Source of the DNA: Phycisphaerae bacterium | GTDB lineage: Bacteria > Planctomycetota > Phycisphaerae > UBA1845 > Fen-1342 | Assembly: GCA_044225155.1 (NCBI GenBank) | Contig: JBGAJB010000001.1 | Location: 1-60,238 of the forward strand | DNA length: 60,238 nucleotides | Reading direction: 5' to 3' | Shown: piece after piece, positions 56,562 to 60,238 of the stretch | Layout: each line of letters begins with the position of its first letter | Numbering within the stretch: position 1 is the first letter of the stretch | The notes under the pieces: model-generated | Seen by the model: the letters and a program-made list of their open reading frames with translations, nothing else | What the model was told of the DNA's origin: nothing | Databases searched by the model: none | Position numbers and translations under genes: made by a program

Positions 56562-58724
56562 GTGCATCGCCCTCAACTCGTATCGTGGCGCACCGGATCC
56601 CTGACTCTCATCGCTATCGCTCTCCTCCACGGGCTCGCAGCCCCAGCGACAGCGCAAACCCCCGTCGTGAGGACGATCGAATCCGGAAATGACGACGAGG
56701 GGAGCTCGATCACGGTTCTGAACGGCCAGTTGGCCGTCAGCTTTGTGGACAACAACACCGGCGACATGAAGCTCTGGTACGACAACGGCGCGGGCGGCGG
56801 AACGGCCGGCGACGCCATCGTGAACGGCAGCGAGATTCGCGTCATCGATTCGACCACGACCGTCGGTCTCGGAGCGACGCGCGGCACGGATATCACCGTT
56901 TCCAACGGACATCTCGCTGTGGCTTACTACGACGGCATCGCTGGATATCTCCTGCTTTGGCTAGACGACACGATCGACGGTTCCGGCGGCGTCGGATACG
57001 AGCCTTCCATTACGGACATGAGTGGGCAGCTCGCGATCAGCTATGTCGACTACGGCAACGCGCAGCTCAAGCTCTGGTACGACGACGGTGCGAGTGGTGG
57101 AACGCCCGGAGACGGTATTGCGAATGGCGGCGAAATCCGCGTCACTGATCCCACGATGGGCGTCGGCTCGAGCTCGTCCATTACCAGTGCCGGTGGATAT
57201 CTTGCCACTTCCTACTGGGACGCAACCAATGTCGATTTGCGCCTCTGGTGGGACGACGGACATGGCGGTGGAACGGCCGGCGATGGCCTCGCCAATGGCG
57301 GCGAAATCCGCGTGATCGATTCGGCCACGCAAACCGGAACGGACGGCGCGCTGACGGTCGTCGGGGGCATGCTCGCGGCCAGCTACTACGACTTTGACTG
57401 CGACTGTGTCATGCTTTGGTACGACGACGGGCGCGGCGGCGGAACGGCCGGCGACGGCATCGCCAACGGCTCAGAGATCCGCACGGTCGTCAGTTCGATT
57501 GCGGGCGGCGGACGGCACACGACCATTGCGTCGTCTTATGGACGCCTCGCAGTCGGCTTCTTCGGCGGCGACGCCGCCCTGCATCTTTGGTATGACGATG
57601 GACGCGGCGGCGGAACGGCCGGCGACGGCATCGCCAACGGCAGCGAAGACCAGGTGCTCGACGCGTCGCCCTACGCGGGCTTGTACGGCGGAATTGTCAC
57701 GTACGGTACGACGATCGCGTACAGCTATTCCGAATTCAATAACTACAGCGTCAAACTCGCCCTGCTGACCAACGCCGTGCCCGGCGCGCCGAGCAGTCTC
57801 GGCCCCACCGACCTCGTCAACGGCTCCACGACGGGGGACACGACTCCGACATTGCAGTTCACGCAGGCGGACGGCAATAGCGGCGACACGCTCGCGTTTC
57901 AGATTCAGATCGATGACACGAGCAACTTCTCCTCGCCGGTCGTCGACTACACGTCGGCCGCGCTCGCGCAAGGCGCTGCGTCGTTCACGGTCGGTCAATC
58001 GGCCGGCAGCGGCAGCTACACCGTCGGCTCGGCTTCGCAGACACTCGCGCGCGGCAGCTTCTACTGGCGCGTCCGTAGCACGGACTACGCCGAAACAGGG
58101 TCGTGGAGCACCGCGAACAGCGGCAGCATCGCGTTCAAGATCGCGGTGGCTCCGACGGTCACGACGGCGAGCATTTCGTCCATCGCTACGACGACCGCGA
58201 GCGGCGGCGGCAACGTCACCGATGACGGCAACGCGACAATCTCGGGCCGCGGCGTCTGCTGGAGCACCTCGCAGAATCCGACGACCGCCAACAGTCATTC
58301 GTCCGACGGCAGCGGCGCGGGCAGCTTTACCAGCGCGATTACCGGCCTCGCTGCCGGCACTCAATACTTCGCACGTGCGTACGCGACCAATGCGATCACG
58401 ACGGTCTACGGCGATGAGATCACCTTCACGACGGCCTCGCCGGAGCCGGATTTGCCTTCCAGCTCGGGTTCCGGCTCTGACCAAACGATGACCCCGGAAC
58501 CGCCGGACGACGGCGCAACCGCGGTCGAGGGAACTACCACCGATGATCCGAGCGGCGGCAATAGCGAGCCGGAATCGGATGGAAATGCCCCGACGACGGG
58601 CGGCGGATTCTGTGGGCTCGGAAGTTTGTTCGGGTTCTTCGGCTGGATGATGGCGCTGCCGCTCCGCACGCGGCGCCCCCGGCCCGAATCGCGAAGGCGC
58701 CCCGCGCGTCAGCGGAGACTGTAG
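56562..58724 (+). CDS. Secreted repeat (beta-propeller-like) protein with C-terminal Gly-rich/TM/Arg-rich sorting-signal-like tail
   Basis: GGGGAGA lies 5 nt before GTG 56562. The signal peptide is ...LIAIALLHGLAAPATAQ. Six to seven units contain LWYDDG.GGGTAGDGIANG.EIR. The tail is TTGGGFCGLGSLFGFFGWMMALPLRTRRPRP. Confidence 0.75.
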   Translation: MHRPQLVSWRTGSLTLIAIALLHGLAAPATAQTPVVRTIESGNDDEGSSITVLNGQLAVSFVDNNTGDMKLWYDNGAGGGTAGDAIVNGSEIRVIDSTTTVGLGATRGTDITVSNGHLAVAYYDGIAGYLLLWLDDTIDGSGGVGYEPSITDMSGQLAISYVDYGNAQLKLWYDDGASGGTPGDGIANGGEIRVTDPTMGVGSSSSITSAGGYLATSYWDATNVDLRLWWDDGHGGGTAGDGLANGGEIRVIDSATQTGTDGALTVVGGMLAASYYDFDCDCVMLWYDDGRGGGTAGDGIANGSEIRTVVSSIAGGGRHTTIASSYGRLAVGFFGGDAALHLWYDDGRGGGTAGDGIANGSEDQVLDASPYAGLYGGIVTYGTTIAYSYSEFNNYSVKLALLTNAVPGAPSSLGPTDLVNGSTTGDTTPTLQFTQADGNSGDTLAFQIQIDDTSNFSSPVVDYTSAALAQGAASFTVGQSAGSGSYTVGSASQTLARGSFYWRVRSTDYAETGSWSTANSGSIAFKIAVAPTVTTASISSIATTTASGGGNVTDDGNATISGRGVCWSTSQNPTTANSHSSDGSGAGSFTSAITGLAAGTQYFARAYATNAITTVYGDEITFTTASPEPDLPSSSGSGSDQTMTPEPPDDGATAVEGTTTDDPSGGNSEPESDGNAPTTGGGFCGLGSLFGFFGWMMALPLRTRRPRPESRRRPARQRRL
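56660..57770 (+). repeat. Coding tandem repeats, ~50-60-aa LWYDDGxGGGTAGDGIANGxEIR units (6-7 copies)
   Basis: Counted in the translation: MKLWYDNGAGGGTAGDAIVNGSEIRVID, LKLWYDDGASGGTPGDGIANGGEIRVTD, LRLWWDDGHGGGTAGDGLANGGEIRVID, VMLWYDDGRGGGTAGDGIANGSEIRTV, LHLWYDDGRGGGTAGDGIANGSEDQV, plus degenerate units. Confidence 0.75.
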
Positions 58725-59284
58725 ACCGTCACCACCAGCGCGACGCCCACGGCCACCCAGGCGCCAATCGTTAGGCGATCGAGCGCCCGCTGTTCCTCGG
58801 CAGCAAGCGAACTGCCCGCAAAGGGAAATTGCGGCCGATGCGCGATCATGAGCCAGAAGCCGGCCGCGAGAAACAGGATCGCCCCGACTTGCACCAAATT
58901 CGGCAAACACAGGGCGACAATCAGGAGTATCACCCAGCCCGGCATCGCCAATGCGTGCCGCCACATCTGGTCGTAGTCGCTGCGCCGGCTCAGCCCGAGA
59001 TCGATCATCGGCCCGATCAGGATCGCGATCATCTCGAATGGAAAACGACGTCGAGAGTTCAATTGCACGCGCGAAACTGCGGCGAGAATCGCCGCCAGTG
59101 CCGCGACTCGAATGACAAACTCGCACTTGCCGCGCCGCACATCGGCATCGATGCCGGCGATATTCCGCACTGCCTCTCGATGGCACTCAAATCCGCATTC
59201 GGGGCAGGCGTGCCAGTTCGTCAGTCCGGTCAGGTTGTAGCCGCACTGCGGACAGAAGATTTCACTCTCGACGGAGTCGCTCAC
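58709..59284 (-). CDS. Membrane protein with N-terminal CxxCGY..CPECG zinc ribbon
   Basis: CPQCGYNLTGLTNWHACPECG (59192-59254) is followed by four hydrophobic helices. The gene overlaps the convergent 56562-58724 gene by 16 nt. Confidence 0.65.
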   Translation of the reverse strand: MSDSVESEIFCPQCGYNLTGLTNWHACPECGFECHREAVRNIAGIDADVRRGKCEFVIRVAALAAILAAVSRVQLNSRRRFPFEMIAILIGPMIDLGLSRRSDYDQMWRHALAMPGWVILLIVALCLPNLVQVGAILFLAAGFWLMIAHRPQFPFAGSSLAAEEQRALDRLTIGAWVAVGVALVVTVYSLR

Positions 59285-59342
59285 CGAGATTGGGCCTCGC
59301 GTCGGCTGAAGATGGGCAAATCGTAGCGGAGCGCGCGCGGCT

Positions 59343-60128
59343 TCAGATCGAAGCGATGCGCCCGCCGTCCACCGGCAAGCTCACGCCCGTGATGTACGAC
59401 GCACCTGGCGAAACCAGGAACGCGACGGCCGCCGCGATCTCTGCCGCGCTGGCGAAGCGCCCCATCGGAGTCTGGGCCTTCATGGCACGCTCGATTTCGG
59501 TCGGCGCGACGCCCTGCTTTTCCGCGCGGCGCTGAATGAGCGATTTCAGGCGGCCCGTTTCCGTGAAGCCGGGTAGCACGTTGTTTACGGTGATCCCGTG
59601 CGGCGCGAGTTCGCCGGCGAGCGTTTTGGCCCAGCCCGCGACGGCCGCCCGCGTCGTGTTCGACACGCCGAGGCCCGGAATCGGCTCGCGCACCGAAGTC
59701 GAGACGATGTTCACGATCCGTCCGTAGCCCAACGAGCGCATGCCCGGCACCAGGGCCTGGGCCAGCACGTGGTTGCACAGCACATGCATCCGCAGCGCCA
59801 TTTCAAACTCGGTGGGCGACGCGTCGAAGATGTTCCCGGCTGACGGACCGCCCGTGTTGTTGATCAGAATGTGCAGCGGTCCGCTCTCGCGGATGTGACT
59901 GGTCGCCCGCTCGCGCAGTCCTTCGGGGTCGGCGAAATCGGCCGCGACAAACGCGTGCTTTTGCCCGCCGGTTCGAGACAGAGCGCGGCAGACTTCGGCC
60001 AGCAAATCGGCGTTCCGCGCTACCAGGACGCATTCCGCGCCGCGCTCCGCGAGCAGCAGCGCGCATGCCTTGCCGATGCCCTGCGTGCTGCCGCAGATCA
60101 GCGCCCGCTTTCCGCCCAGCTCGAGCAT
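59343..60128 (-). CDS. SDR-family oxidoreductase (FabG-like)
   Basis: GGAGGA lies 6 nt upstream of ATG 60128. ALICGSTQGIGKA (TGxxxGIG), NNTG and an SDR active-site region are present. Confidence 0.9.
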   Translation of the reverse strand: MLELGGKRALICGSTQGIGKACALLLAERGAECVLVARNADLLAEVCRALSRTGGQKHAFVAADFADPEGLRERATSHIRESGPLHILINNTGGPSAGNIFDASPTEFEMALRMHVLCNHVLAQALVPGMRSLGYGRIVNIVSTSVREPIPGLGVSNTTRAAVAGWAKTLAGELAPHGITVNNVLPGFTETGRLKSLIQRRAEKQGVAPTEIERAMKAQTPMGRFASAAEIAAAVAFLVSPGASYITGVSLPVDGGRIASI

Positions 60129-60149
60129 CTTCACTCCTCCGCGTCGCGA

Positions 60150-60238
60150 CTAGCCTCGCCCACACGTGAGAATGTTGTACAGATCATCCGGCAGCAGCGT
60201 CGGGCGCCCGTCCCGGCCCACCAGCGCTAGCGTCGAGC
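60150..60238 (-). CDS. 3' end of an unidentified gene running off the window edge
   Basis: The minus-strand frame is open from the window edge and encodes ...STLALVGRDGRPTLLPDDLYNILTCGRG, ending at TAG (60150-60152), 15 nt before the SDR RBS. The fragment is too short to assign. Confidence 0.35.
   Translation of the reverse strand, partial: STLALVGRDGRPTLLPDDLYNILTCGRG

Noticed and set aside
55336-59186. Long minus-strand ORFs 55336-56511, 56250-56912 and 57471-59186
   Set aside because: They are antisense to the metalloprotease and the repeat-propeller genes. The translations are Arg/Asp/Ala-rich with no family resemblance.

Overview
High-GC bacterial chromosomal segment (mid to upper 60s % GC by eye, not computed) with about 50 protein genes on both strands and one tRNA-Cys(GCA). 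I found no rRNA, no CRISPR array, and no recognisable transposase, integrase or phage genes. The gene content suggests Planctomycetota, probably Phycisphaerae-like (inference). That content includes two DUF1559-type 'prepilin N-terminus' proteins, a Tat-signal DUF1501 protein, an ELWxxDGT-repeat protein, large secreted proteins with dockerin-like tails, a futalosine-pathway radical SAM enzyme, and many CxxCGY..CPECG zinc-ribbon membrane proteins. Housekeeping anchors are gltA, metH, ugd, rsmA, lptB, two lepB paralogues, selD, a ParA-like ATPase, a YbaK-type deacylase and a GatD-like protein. Main observations: (1) The best candidate for an undescribed system is an AT-richer three-gene islet at 49.6-51.3 kb. 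It encodes a MauE-like membrane protein, a hidden 62-aa secreted peptide with 8 Cys, and an anchored secreted protein, preceded by palindromes and a G9 tract. (2) selD is a selenoprotein. An in-frame TGA at 24830-24832 aligns with the catalytic Cys/Sec position and is followed by a SECIS-like hairpin, and the ORF track truncates the gene. (3) Five genes carry indel-type frame disruptions: an OmpR-type regulator, its neighbouring LTXXQ lipoprotein, a lipoprotein hydrolase paralogue, one lepB paralogue and a secreted metalloprotease. These are either real pseudogenisation or assembly indels. (4) Unusual architectures include TPR plus two RpoA alphaCTD-like domains, zinc-ribbon-bearing PrsW and LepB proteins, a tandem beta-carbonic anhydrase fusion, a radical SAM protein with CxxxGxxC in place of CxxxCxxC, and a bacterial GatD homologue. 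Many long ORFs in the track are antisense shadow ORFs typical of high-GC DNA and were rejected.
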